In this document: positions 27,933 to 37,085 of the stretch, one piece after another
How the letters are laid out: each line of letters opens with the position of its first letter
Numbering within the stretch: position 1 is the first letter of the stretch
Source: Minisyncoccota bacterium
GTDB lineage: Bacteria; Patescibacteriota; Minisyncoccia; 2-02-FULL-40-12; GWA2-44-9
NCBI GenBank assembly: GCA_035583445.1
Contig: DATEYD010000041.1
Location: forward strand, 1-58,953
Length of the DNA stretch: 58,953 nucleotides
Reading direction: 5' to 3'
Notes under the pieces: generated by a model
What the model saw: only the letters and a program-made list of their open reading frames with translations
Told to the model about the DNA's origin: nothing
Database searches by the model: none
Made by a program: the position numbers and the translations under genes

Positions 27933-29213
27933 CTATGCAATCGCGCACTCGCGTTCGACGAGCGCCAGGAGTCGGTCGCGTACGATACGTTCGGCAATCA
28001 CGCCGCGCAATTGGGAGACGTCAATCTGCTCGGCTTCCTGTCCCTGCTTCACCAGCTCGGCGATTGCTGCCTGCGCGGTGGTATCGATCTCATCCGAGCT
28101 CGCCTGGACGTTCCGGTCCTTCGCGAGCTGCCGGAGGACGAGCGTGATGCGGACCTGCCGCTCCGCATCCTTGCGCCATCCCTCTTTGACCTTCTCTTCG
28201 GTCGTGTTCATGCGCGCCAGGTAGATGGGAAGCGCCATGCCTCGCTGCTGCAAATCCCGTCCGAACCGGGCCAGCATGTCGTTAAGCTCCCGGTCGATCA
28301 TGAAATCGGGTGTCTCCGGCTTCGCAGCCCCAGCGATCGCATCGAGGATGGCGAGCTGGAGCCGCTGATGCTCCTTGTCTTCCTTTTCCCGTCGTAACCC
28401 ATCGGCGATCGAGGTCCGCAGCGCCGCGAGATCAGCGAACGATCCGGCCGTCTTGGCGAAGGCGTCGTCGATCGCGGGCTTCAGGACCGCCTGCACGCGG
28501 CGCATCGTGACCTTGAACACGACCTCCTTGTCCGCAAGCTTTGGTTCGTAATAGTCAGCGGGAGCGGTCAGGGTGAATTGCTTCTCCATACCGACCGCCA
28601 AGCCAATCAAGTGCTCCTCGAATCCCGGCATGAACGATTTGCCACCGATGATGAGCGGGTGGTTGCGGCTAGACCCGCCCTCCAGAGGCTTCCCGTCCAA
28701 TGTCGCATCGAAATCCACCTCGACACGATCCCCTTCCGTCGCCGTCCCCGTCTTCTCAAGGAAGGTCGCGCGGAGGCCGCGGACGGTTTCGATTGTCTCG
28801 TCGATCTCGGCATCCGCAATAGTAACCTCTTTGCGAGGTACTTTGATGGTCGCGAGGTCAGGGAGTGTCACCGGCGGCCAGAGCTGTACAGACACCGCGT
28901 AGGCAAGCCCTGCGTTATCGTTGCGCTTGATGCTCAGGTCCGCCGTGCCGGCGACATCCCATCCTTCTTGCGCGACTGCTTTCGTGAAGCTCTCTTCTAG
29001 GGCGTGCTGCAAGGCCTCCTCCCGCACTGCGGCGTCATCGAGCGCCTGCTCGGCACGGTCCTTCGGAGCTTTTCCTTTTCGAAATCCGGGAACGGTCACG
29101 CTGCCGGCCATGGCGCCGGATACGTGTTCCACGTATGCGTTCAATTCCGCGGCATCGAGTTCGATGGTCGCCTCAAGCGTGTACGGTTTTGTGTGCTTGC
29201 TGCTGACGTTCAT
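27933..29213 (-). CDS. tig: trigger factor
   Basis: 426 aa. N-terminal ribosome-binding signature [10 protein letters not shown], central PPIase-like region, C-terminal arms. Confidence 0.9.
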   Translation of the reverse strand: MNVSSKHTKPYTLEATIELDAAELNAYVEHVSGAMAGSVTVPGFRKGKAPKDRAEQALDDAAVREEALQHALEESFTKAVAQEGWDVAGTADLSIKRNDNAGLAYAVSVQLWPPVTLPDLATIKVPRKEVTIADAEIDETIETVRGLRATFLEKTGTATEGDRVEVDFDATLDGKPLEGGSSRNHPLIIGGKSFMPGFEEHLIGLAVGMEKQFTLTAPADYYEPKLADKEVVFKVTMRRVQAVLKPAIDDAFAKTAGSFADLAALRTSIADGLRREKEDKEHQRLQLAILDAIAGAAKPETPDFMIDRELNDMLARFGRDLQQRGMALPIYLARMNTTEEKVKEGWRKDAERQVRITLVLRQLAKDRNVQASSDEIDTTAQAAIAELVKQGQEAEQIDVSQLRGVIAERIVRDRLLALVERECAIA

Positions 29214-30496
29214 TATTTCTCGGTTGCAGTAGTCTCGGGGTCGGTTTTCGGTACGCTAGCATCTTCCGTTGCCGGCACAGACTCCACCCCCTCTTCCGAG
29301 GTGGCAACCTCACGTGGGCTGCGGACATCGATCTTCCAGCCGGTCAGCTTCGCGGCCAGACGCACGTTCTGCCCGCCTTTGCCGATGGCGAGGGAGAATT
29401 GATCGTCTGCGACCTCGGCGAGCGCGACCTTGTGTTCATGGTCGGTCAGAGTGACCTGGAGGATCTTCGCGGGCGATAGGGCGTTCGCAATGAAGCGAAT
29501 CGGATCCTCGTCGTGCTGGATGATGTCGATCTTCTCCCCGCCCAGGTCATTGATGACGGTCTGCACGCGGACTCCGCGCTGACCAACAAGCGAGCCGATC
29601 GGGTCAACACCCTCTTCGGAGCTCGCGACCGCGATCTTCGTTCGACTCCCCGGCTCGCGGGCGATGCCCATGACTTTCACGGCGCCAGAATCGATCTCAG
29701 GGACCTCCATACGGAACAATTCCTGTACCAGATTCGGGTGGGCACGCGACAGGACGATGACCGGTCCACGAGCGGCATCTTCGACTTTCATGATGTAGAA
29801 GCGCAAACGCTGGCCGATGCGGTAGTGGTCGCCCTGCATCTGCTCGGAGACCGGCAGGACGCCGTTCGTCTTCCCAAGATCGATGAATACGACCGGGCCC
29901 TCGCGGCGTTGCACGAGACCGGACACGAGTCCGCCTTCTTTCCCGCGGTACTCGGCGAGCACTGAGGCACGCTCCGCTTCACGGAGCCGCTGAATCACCA
30001 CCTGCTTCGCTGTCTGGGCCGCGATGCGACCGAAGTCACTCTTCGCTTCGAGGTTCGTGACCACTTCGTCACCGATCTTCACGTCCTTGTCCTGCTTCTT
30101 CGCATCGGCGAGCGCGATGTGTTTTTCAGGATTGAACTTCACGCGGATATGTCCTTCCTCGGTAATCTCGGTTTCGGACACGGGCGCCTGACCAGCCTCA
30201 CGCTGTCGCTGAATGTCGACGATGTCGATGCGGTCTTGCGTGATCTGCTCGGGTAGCGCTCCCGTCACGTATCCGTCGTCATCAACCCCCTCCACGACGT
30301 AGTGGGTCTGGGTAATGAGCATCGAGCCGGCTTCGGGGTCCAGCTTCACCTTGATGATCTGACCCTTCTTGCCGTAGTCGCGCTTATACGCGGCAGCAAG
30401 CGCCGCCTCGACGGTCTCAAAGACGGTCTCTTGGGGGATCCCCTTCTCTTCGGCGATCTGCTTGATGGCCGAGACGAATTGCTTCATGTCGATCAT
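29213..30496 (-). CDS. nusA: transcription termination/antitermination factor NusA
   Basis: 427 aa. N-terminal [14 protein letters not shown]..., S1 and two KH regions (GSRTKIAV..., [13 protein letters not shown]). Its stop overlaps the tig start (TAATG). Confidence 0.92.
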   Translation of the reverse strand: MIDMKQFVSAIKQIAEEKGIPQETVFETVEAALAAAYKRDYGKKGQIIKVKLDPEAGSMLITQTHYVVEGVDDDGYVTGALPEQITQDRIDIVDIQRQREAGQAPVSETEITEEGHIRVKFNPEKHIALADAKKQDKDVKIGDEVVTNLEAKSDFGRIAAQTAKQVVIQRLREAERASVLAEYRGKEGGLVSGLVQRREGPVVFIDLGKTNGVLPVSEQMQGDHYRIGQRLRFYIMKVEDAARGPVIVLSRAHPNLVQELFRMEVPEIDSGAVKVMGIAREPGSRTKIAVASSEEGVDPIGSLVGQRGVRVQTVINDLGGEKIDIIQHDEDPIRFIANALSPAKILQVTLTDHEHKVALAEVADDQFSLAIGKGGQNVRLAAKLTGWKIDVRSPREVATSEEGVESVPATEDASVPKTDPETTATEK

Positions 30497-30570
30497 GGGT
30501 TTGCGTGTTGGTTGTTAGTACGCTACAGAAGAGATGAGGCCCGCTCGCGCGGACCTCGTCTAGTGGATCT

Positions 30571-31395
30571 ATGATAGCAGGTCGTACAAATAAGTCAATA
30601 TCCCCGCCATCGCGCCCATCCGATCCAATCGGTGTCTTCGATTCGGGCGTCGGCGGCCTTTCCGTCCTTCGAGAACTCGAGAAACTTCTCCCACATGAGC
30701 GGTTCATCTTCTTCGCCGACCAAGCGTTCGTTCCGTACGGCGAGAAGACACCCGCGGAGTTGATCGATCGGACATCGCGCATCACCCGCTTCTTGCTCCA
30801 TCAGCGATGCAAGGCCGTCGTCGTCGGATGCAACACGGCTACATGCTATGCCATCGGACAGCTCCGCCAGCGATTTTCGATTCCCTTCATCGGAGTTGTC
30901 CCCGCGGTGAAGCCGGCGTGCGAACAGACCCGCAGCGGTGTGGTCGGTGTCATTTCGACTCCCGCAACAGCGCGAAGTCGCGCGCTCCGAGATCTTGTTC
31001 GCAGGTTCGCCGGCGCAATACGGGTCATCCGAATCGGATGCCCGGGGCTAGAAGAGGTTGTCGAAGGAGGCGGCACGACGGGTCCTGTGCTGGATGCCAT
31101 CCTCAAGACTAGATTAGCGCCCATTCGAGCGGCAGGGGCCGACATCATCGTCCTCGGATGCACCCACTATCCATTCCTCCGGTCTCGCATCGCGAAGATT
31201 GCCGGCGCTCGAACACTTGATTCGGGAAAGGCTGTTGCACGCCAGACTCGCATCATTATCGAGTCGCGCAACATGCTTCGTGCGTCAGGCCTTGGAACGG
31301 CAACGTTCTACACGACGAATGATCCTGTCAGATTCGCTCGCGTTGCTTCCAAGCTCCTCCGAAGGCGAGTTGTCGCCCGTGCTGCTCGAGTATAG
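30571..31395 (+). CDS. murI: glutamate racemase
   Basis: IGVFDSGVGGLSVL, VVGCNTA and LGCTHYPFL motifs. Confidence 0.92.
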   Translation: MIAGRTNKSISPPSRPSDPIGVFDSGVGGLSVLRELEKLLPHERFIFFADQAFVPYGEKTPAELIDRTSRITRFLLHQRCKAVVVGCNTATCYAIGQLRQRFSIPFIGVVPAVKPACEQTRSGVVGVISTPATARSRALRDLVRRFAGAIRVIRIGCPGLEEVVEGGGTTGPVLDAILKTRLAPIRAAGADIIVLGCTHYPFLRSRIAKIAGARTLDSGKAVARQTRIIIESRNMLRASGLGTATFYTTNDPVRFARVASKLLRRRVVARAARV

Positions 31396-31452
31396 ACCTT
31401 GTCCACACAAAATCGTTTACAAAAGGCCGCCCTCGTATATGGTACGGGCAGT

Positions 31453-33126
31453 ATGGCGTCCTCTCCAACAGATAAAACGCAAGATCTCCAGGTAGAACTC
31501 GAAAAGAAGCTCGAATCCATTGGCGCTAAGGAGCAAGCGCTCCAGTCTCAAGCATTGGCGCAGAAACTTGGACTCCCGTATCTCGAACTGACCGGACTTC
31601 CCATCGATTCTGAGGCGCTTCGCGCTCTTTCTGAGGAGGTCTCCCGCTCCAGTGGCGTCGCCCTCGTACAAGCGAAAGGCCCTGCCGGTCTGGCGGTGAC
31701 GCTCAATCCCACACAACCTGCGGCAAAGACGGCATTGGAAGAGCTGAAAAAGCAGCATACCGAGCTGAGGGTGGCGATCGTGTCCCCTTCGACGATGGAC
31801 GTCGTCTGGAAGCGCTACGCCACCATCAAGACAGTGGAGACATTCGAAGTCGGGACGATTACGATCGACGATGCCTCGTTGGCGCGCATCCAGGAGAGCA
31901 TCAAGAGCGTCGACGACATCAAGAACCTCATCGCGTCTGCGACGATCACCCAGATCCTGGAGATCCTCATTGCTGGCGCATTGACGACACATGCGTCCGA
32001 CGTGCACCTCGAGCCGGGAGCAGATACCGTCCGCCTCCGATACCGTTTGGATGGGCTTCTGCATGACATCGTGACCATCGAGCCTGATCAGTTCCGCCGG
32101 GTCCTGAACCGGGTCAAAGTGCTCGCAAAGATGAAGTTGAATATCACGCACTCCCCCCAGGACGGCCGGTTCACCATCGAGCAATCCGGCGTTCCGATCG
32201 AGGTCCGCGTCTCTTCCCTCCCCTCCGAGTATGGCGAAGGATTGGTCATGCGCTTACTCGACCCACGAACGATCCAGGCGAACTTGACCGATCTGGGCAT
32301 ACGACCGGATGTCCTCGAACAAGTCCGTTCATTGCTCCGGCAGCCGCAAGGCACGATTCTGACCACTGGTCCGACCGGATCAGGAAAGACGACCACGCTG
32401 TATGCATTCCTGAACGAGATCAACAGTCCCGACACCAAGATCATCACGGTCGAGGACCCGATCGAATACCATATCGCCGGCGTCAACCAGAGCCAGGTCG
32501 ACCCTGCAAAGGGCTACACGTTCGCATCAGGACTCCGCTCGATCGTCCGTCAGGACCCTGATGTGATCCTGATCGGTGAGATCCGAGACCTCGAGACCGC
32601 CGAGATCGCGCTCGAGGCTGCATTGACCGGACACCTGGTGCTGTCGACGATCCACACGAACGACGCTGCCGGTGCCGTTCCTCGCCTGGTGGACCTGGGC
32701 GTGAAATCAGAGACTATCGCCGCTGCGTTGAGTCTGGTAATGGCGCAGCGGCTCCTGCGTCGCTTGTGCATGGATTGCCGCGTCAAAGCGACACTCCCTG
32801 CAGCTGAGGCGGAGACCATCCGCAAATCACTTACTCCCCTCAAGGAGCGTTTCAGGCTCCCAATCATCGACACCGACCTTCCTGTGTTTGTCGCCGGTGG
32901 ATGCGCGAAGTGCAACAACACCGGATACCGGGGCCGGATCGGTGTGTATGAGGTGTTCCCGGTAAGCCGGGAGATGGAGCGCCTCGTCATTAAAAACGCT
33001 CCTGTGTCTGATATTCGTGATCTTGCGATCAAAGAAGGAATGGTGACCCTGCTCCAAGATGGCTACCTGAAGCTGGTCGAGGGAGTGACATCCCTCGAAG
33101 AGGTGCGAAGGGTGTTGGGACATTAA
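31453..33126 (+). CDS. pilB: GspE/PilB-family secretion ATPase (type IV pilus assembly type)
   Basis: ATG at 31453 (TTG at 31399 also open). GspE-N-like region, Walker A GPTGSGKTTT, Asp box, Walker B ILIGEIRD, His box, C-terminal Cys4 (CMDC...CAKC). Confidence 0.85.
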   Translation: MASSPTDKTQDLQVELEKKLESIGAKEQALQSQALAQKLGLPYLELTGLPIDSEALRALSEEVSRSSGVALVQAKGPAGLAVTLNPTQPAAKTALEELKKQHTELRVAIVSPSTMDVVWKRYATIKTVETFEVGTITIDDASLARIQESIKSVDDIKNLIASATITQILEILIAGALTTHASDVHLEPGADTVRLRYRLDGLLHDIVTIEPDQFRRVLNRVKVLAKMKLNITHSPQDGRFTIEQSGVPIEVRVSSLPSEYGEGLVMRLLDPRTIQANLTDLGIRPDVLEQVRSLLRQPQGTILTTGPTGSGKTTTLYAFLNEINSPDTKIITVEDPIEYHIAGVNQSQVDPAKGYTFASGLRSIVRQDPDVILIGEIRDLETAEIALEAALTGHLVLSTIHTNDAAGAVPRLVDLGVKSETIAAALSLVMAQRLLRRLCMDCRVKATLPAAEAETIRKSLTPLKERFRLPIIDTDLPVFVAGGCAKCNNTGYRGRIGVYEVFPVSREMERLVIKNAPVSDIRDLAIKEGMVTLLQDGYLKLVEGVTSLEEVRRVLGH

Positions 33127-33130
33127 AAAA

Positions 33131-33297
33131 GGGCCTATCTGACCTGTAGGCAATATCCGCGTCCCGAAGGATGCGGGACAGGATAATTCCGAGGAGCGAT
33201 CCAGTCGGAACCGGAACGTCCGGAGCTAAGAGATTATCCCGACCAAGCCGGCGTGCTGTTGGGCACTGACTTGGTTGCCTACAGATCAGAGCGGCCC
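33131..33297. ncRNA. 167-nt highly structured intergenic element of unknown class (candidate ncRNA or palindromic/MITE-like element), strand unresolved
   Basis: 20 of 23 positions pair between 33131-33153 and 33275-33297. Internal hairpins at 33157-33176 (CGAA loop on +, UUCG loop on -), 33181-87/33233-39 enclosing CCGGA-acg-TCCGG, and 33242-47/33270-75 enclosing GTGC-tgttgg-GCAC. A T6 run follows on the minus strand. Confidence 0.45.
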
Positions 33298-33365
33298 TTT
33301 CAACGGTTCAAAGAAAACGCCCGCCCTCCTGAAGCGTTCTTGTATGTATTCTATTCCATTTTGAT

Positions 33366-34391
33366 ATGAGTGTCAAGCCCGCCCAAACAGCCCCTCATGA
33401 GGACCCGGATGACCGGGTGTTAGACCTGACCCTGCGCCCCCGGAACTTCACGGAATACGTAGGCCAGGAGAACATCAAGGAGAATCTTCGGGTCATTCTG
33501 CAGGCCGCAAAGAAGCGCAATGAGCCTCCGGAGCATCTCCTCCTCCACGGCCCCTCTGGACTCGGGAAAACGACCCTGGCTCACCTGATCGCCCGGGAGC
33601 TCAATGCGAACCTCCGTATGACGTCCGGTACGGCCCTGGAGAAGGCCGGAGACGTCGGATCGATCCTTACCGGCCTTTCTGATGGAGATGTGCTCTTCAT
33701 CGACGAGGTGCACCGGCTGAACCGTGCCGTCGAAGAGGTCATCTATCCGGCGATGGAAGATTTCAAATTGGACATCGTCATCGGGAAAGGAAATGCCGCA
33801 AAGACGCTCCAGATCGACCTCCCCCGCTTCACCCTGGTCGCCGCCACGACGAAGATTTCGATGCTTTCTGCCCCGTTCCGGAACCGCTTCGGTGCGAGCT
33901 TCCGCCTTGATTACTACTCCCCAAAGGAGATCGGGCAGATCCTCCGCCGTTCCGCCACGCTCTTGGGTGTCAAGGTCGACGTCGATGCACTACCCGTCAT
34001 CGCCAGCTCCGCACGTGCGACTCCGCGCATCGCGAACCGTCTCCTGAAGCGTGTCCGCGACTTCGCCCAGGTCAACAGTATCTCGACAATCGACGTGGAA
34101 ACGACGACGCGGGCGTTGAAGATGTTGGAGGTAGACCACCAGGGCCTCGAAGAATCCGACCGTCGCATCCTCCTGGCGTTGGCGAACACCTTCGGCGGGA
34201 AGGCAGTCGGACTGAAGACGCTCGCCGCTGCCATCTCCGAAGAAGAGGCTACCGTTGAGGACGTCCACGAACCGTACCTGATGCGATTGGGCTTCATCGC
34301 TCGCACCCCTCAGGGTCGGGTAATCACCGACGCAGGCCGCGCACATGTCGGCGTTCCTGCCCCGGACGACCTGCGCGCGCTTGAATTCTGA
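33366..34391 (+). CDS. ruvB: Holliday junction branch migration helicase RuvB
   Basis: 341 aa. LRPRNFTEYVGQE, Walker A GPSGLGKTT, Walker B LFIDEVHRL, TPRIANRLL. Confidence 0.95.
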   Translation: MSVKPAQTAPHEDPDDRVLDLTLRPRNFTEYVGQENIKENLRVILQAAKKRNEPPEHLLLHGPSGLGKTTLAHLIARELNANLRMTSGTALEKAGDVGSILTGLSDGDVLFIDEVHRLNRAVEEVIYPAMEDFKLDIVIGKGNAAKTLQIDLPRFTLVAATTKISMLSAPFRNRFGASFRLDYYSPKEIGQILRRSATLLGVKVDVDALPVIASSARATPRIANRLLKRVRDFAQVNSISTIDVETTTRALKMLEVDHQGLEESDRRILLALANTFGGKAVGLKTLAAAISEEEATVEDVHEPYLMRLGFIARTPQGRVITDAGRAHVGVPAPDDLRALEF

Positions 34392-34433
34392 CCACCGGTA
34401 CGATTGACTGGGAGAGCGGGTTCCCGCAGCCCT

Positions 34434-35144
34434 ATGTCCGGACATAGTAAGTGGTCACAGATCAAACATAAGAAGGCGGCCGCAGACGCCAAGAAGAGCG
34501 CCGTTTTCGGAAAGCTCGCGCGGGCGATCTCCGTCGCTGCTCGTGGAAATCCTGATCCAACTACCAACCTCCGCTTGCAGGCGGAGATGCAGCGCGCTCG
34601 CGCGGTGAACATGCCCTCGGACAGCATCGAGCGAGCGATCCGACGGGTCGCCGACAAAGACGCTGTGGTCCTCCAGGAGATCCATCTTGAATTCATCGGC
34701 CCGGGAAATGCCGCGGTCGTCGCATTTGCAATCACAGACAACTCGAACCGAACCATCAGTGAGCTGAGACTCATCGCAACAAACCACGGAGGGCATATCG
34801 CCGACCCGGGGAGCGTCCTCTGGGTGTTCCGTAAATCGGGTGTCGTGCTCGCGCGCGTTGATCAGGATTCGGCTGATGCCCTCCAATTGACCGCGATCGA
34901 TGCGGGGGCTGATGATGTTGATATTTCGGATGGCGAGCTCACCGCAGTGTGTGCGCCTGAGCATCTCGATCAGGTCCGGAGGGCCCTAGGCGCTGCCGTC
35001 GTCTCGTCATCGATCACTTTCATCGCAACGAACCCGCTCCAGGTCTCAGATCAGGCGCTCCGGGACCAGCTCGGCGCCTTTATCGAAGCGCTTGATGACC
35101 ATGAAGACGTCCAGGAGGTATTCACCAACGCGACCGACGAATGA
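34434..35144 (+). CDS. yebC: YebC/PmpR-family transcriptional regulator
   Basis: ATG at 34434. MSGHSKWSQIKHKKAAADAKKSAVFGKL. Confidence 0.9.
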   Translation: MSGHSKWSQIKHKKAAADAKKSAVFGKLARAISVAARGNPDPTTNLRLQAEMQRARAVNMPSDSIERAIRRVADKDAVVLQEIHLEFIGPGNAAVVAFAITDNSNRTISELRLIATNHGGHIADPGSVLWVFRKSGVVLARVDQDSADALQLTAIDAGADDVDISDGELTAVCAPEHLDQVRRALGAAVVSSSITFIATNPLQVSDQALRDQLGAFIEALDDHEDVQEVFTNATDE

Positions 35145-35635
35145 CGATACACCTTGGTATCGACCCGGGAACCACGCGCATCGGCTACGGAGTCATCGAA
35201 GACAGCCCGACGGGCGTTCGCCCGCTTGCCTGGGGCGTGATCACGACCGAACCAGGCACCGATGCTTCACTTGCGAAACAACAGGTGCGCGCATTACTCA
35301 CGGAACTGATCGGAACATGGCGGCCTGCATCCGCTGCCGTTGAACGCCTATTCTTCATGAACAACCGACGATCGGCGATGTCGGTCGGGGAAATGCGAGG
35401 CGTGATCATGCTTACGCTCGCCGACCATTTGATCCCGACTATCGAGTTCACTCCGCTTGAGATCAAGCAGCGTGTGTGTGGCAATGGCCGCGCCCAAAAG
35501 GCCCAGGTTGAGAAGATGGTTCGCCTGGTTTTGGGCATCCGGGAACGGATCACGCCGGACGACGCGGCCGACGCCTTGGCGATCGCGCTTTGTGCGGCTG
35601 CCGCTTCCCGCCCGGCTGTGTATGGCTCGAATTGA
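35141..35635 (+). CDS. ruvC: crossover junction endodeoxyribonuclease RuvC
   Basis: 164 aa. LGIDPGTTRIGYGVIE. ATGA overlap with yebC. Confidence 0.9.
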   Translation: MTIHLGIDPGTTRIGYGVIEDSPTGVRPLAWGVITTEPGTDASLAKQQVRALLTELIGTWRPASAAVERLFFMNNRRSAMSVGEMRGVIMLTLADHLIPTIEFTPLEIKQRVCGNGRAQKAQVEKMVRLVLGIRERITPDDAADALAIALCAAAASRPAVYGSN

Positions 35636-35680
35636 CACGTACAATCCCGCCCCCTACAATACCGCCGTAACCCTTTTACT

Positions 35681-35845
35681 ATGACAAAAGAACTTGAGTA
35701 TCTTTTGCAGGAAGGAGAGAAGGAGCCGGAGTACGACGACTACGATGATGACGAGGAGCGTCGTCGGGCAGAGGGCGAGGAAGACGAGGAATCTGACGAG
35801 GAAACCGACCCAACCGACGAGGAAGAGGAGGAGGAAACCTACTAA
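35681..35845 (+). CDS. hypothetical extremely acidic mini-protein (54 aa)
   Basis: My own translation: MTKELEYLLQEGEKEPEYDDYDDDEERRRAEGEEDEESDEETDPTDEEEEEETY, ending in TAA-TAA and followed by a terminator. Below the ORF-track length cutoff. Confidence 0.4.
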   Translation: MTKELEYLLQEGEKEPEYDDYDDDEERRRAEGEEDEESDEETDPTDEEEEEETY

Positions 35846-35846
35846 T

Positions 35847-35878
35847 AACAAAACCCTCGGATCGCCGGGGGTTTTGTT
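35847..35878. terminator. bidirectional hairpin terminator between the acidic ORF (+) and tyrS (-)
   Basis: AACAAAACCC..(tcgg-atcg-ccgg)..GGGTTTTGTT. Confidence 0.65.
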
Positions 35879-37016
35879 ATTCGGTGATCTTCACGAATCT
35901 CCCCTTCCCTATTTGAATCCGGTCCCCTGACCGCACCTCGTGCTTCCATTCCTTCACGACGATGTCGTTGACCTCTACGGCACCTTGGTCGATGAGGCGT
36001 TTCGCGACTGATGTCGAGTCCGCAGCCCCAGCGGCAACGAGAACATCTGTGAGCATGCCGGGTCGTGCCTCTTCGGGAGCACGGGAAGGCGCAACCTGCT
36101 CTTTTCCGTGGAAGAGTGCCACGAGCGCGTCGCTGAGCGCCTCCTTAAATCCACGTGGATCCCCCTCGAATTTCTTCTCGAGCGCATCAATCTCGCCCTT
36201 CTCCATCGCCGTACAGAGCCCGAAGACCGACCGCACCATATCGTCACCAATGACGTTCAGCGTCTTACGCCGGATCTCTTGCGGAGAATCATTCACCGCA
36301 ATGAGCGTCCCCTCTGATTTGCTCATCTTCTTCCCGGTGCCGCTGTCGGTGAGGAGACGGGTCGCGAGCACGAGCTTGTCTTTCCCGATCAGTTCGCGCT
36401 CGAGATCGCGCCCCACCAGCATATTGAAGATCTGGTCATTACCACCCACTTCTCCGTCCACTTTCATCGCGACCGAGTCATAGCCTTGCATGAGTGGATA
36501 GAGGAATTCGCTCACATGAATAGGTTGTTCGTTCTTGAGCCGCTCCTGGAACATCTCCCGGGCGAGCATCTGCTGCACGGTCGCCATACTCGTGAGCTTC
36601 AGGACCTGCTCCATGGTAAGGCCCGAAAGCCACTCGCTGTTGTGCTCCACCCGAAACTGATTGTCGGGAACGACTTTCTTGATCTGGTCGAGGTAGGTGG
36701 CGGCATTCGACTCAACTTCGTCCTCGGTAAGCGCCTTCCTTCCCACGTCTTTGCCGGTGGGATCCCCGATGCGGGCGGTAAAATCCCCGATGAGGATGGT
36801 AATGGTGTGGCCGAGTGACTCGAGCTCCTTGAGGAGTATCAGCTGCACAACGTGTCCGAGATGCACATCGGGTCCGGTCGGATCGATGCCGTAGTAGATG
36901 GCGAGCGATTGCCCTCCTGCGACACGGTTGATCGCCTCCTCGGTCGATGGGAACGCCTGCTGCACGCGGCGCGCGAACAGTTCATGGACTCGCTGTTGTC
37001 GGTCGGCATCAGACAT
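35877..37016 (-). CDS. tyrS: tyrosine--tRNA ligase
   Basis: Met at 37014-16 inside ORF 35877..37433 (MSDADRQQRV...). HIGH as DVHLGH, GDFTARIGDPTGK, KMSKS as KKMSKS, C-terminal S4-like domain. Confidence 0.9.
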   Translation of the reverse strand: MSDADRQQRVHELFARRVQQAFPSTEEAINRVAGGQSLAIYYGIDPTGPDVHLGHVVQLILLKELESLGHTITILIGDFTARIGDPTGKDVGRKALTEDEVESNAATYLDQIKKVVPDNQFRVEHNSEWLSGLTMEQVLKLTSMATVQQMLAREMFQERLKNEQPIHVSEFLYPLMQGYDSVAMKVDGEVGGNDQIFNMLVGRDLERELIGKDKLVLATRLLTDSGTGKKMSKSEGTLIAVNDSPQEIRRKTLNVIGDDMVRSVFGLCTAMEKGEIDALEKKFEGDPRGFKEALSDALVALFHGKEQVAPSRAPEEARPGMLTDVLVAAGAADSTSVAKRLIDQGAVEVNDIVVKEWKHEVRSGDRIQIGKGRFVKITE

Positions 37017-37085
37017 GACCCTTGCATCATACCCGAGTGTAAAAGTGTTGTAAACGTTGTGTTTTTGTGGTATCGTTTCGGTCTC

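Noticed and set aside
33131-33297. Assigning the structured element to SRP RNA, 6S RNA, RNase P RNA or a cobalamin riboswitch
   Set aside because: There is no GNRA-capped helix-8 motif with the conserved SRP loops. It is a multi-branched fold, not a single long irregular hairpin, which argues against 6S. It is far too short for RNase P and lacks the GAGGAAAGUCC core. It has only a partial B12-box-like string and no cobalamin-related gene downstream.
35654-35930. Two track ORFs (35694..35930 plus strand, 35654..35851 minus strand)
   Set aside because: Their translations are low-complexity basic or hydrophobic strings, and the plus-strand ORF runs through the terminator hairpin into tyrS. The acidic 54-aa frame with a double stop plus terminator is more plausible, though still unproven.
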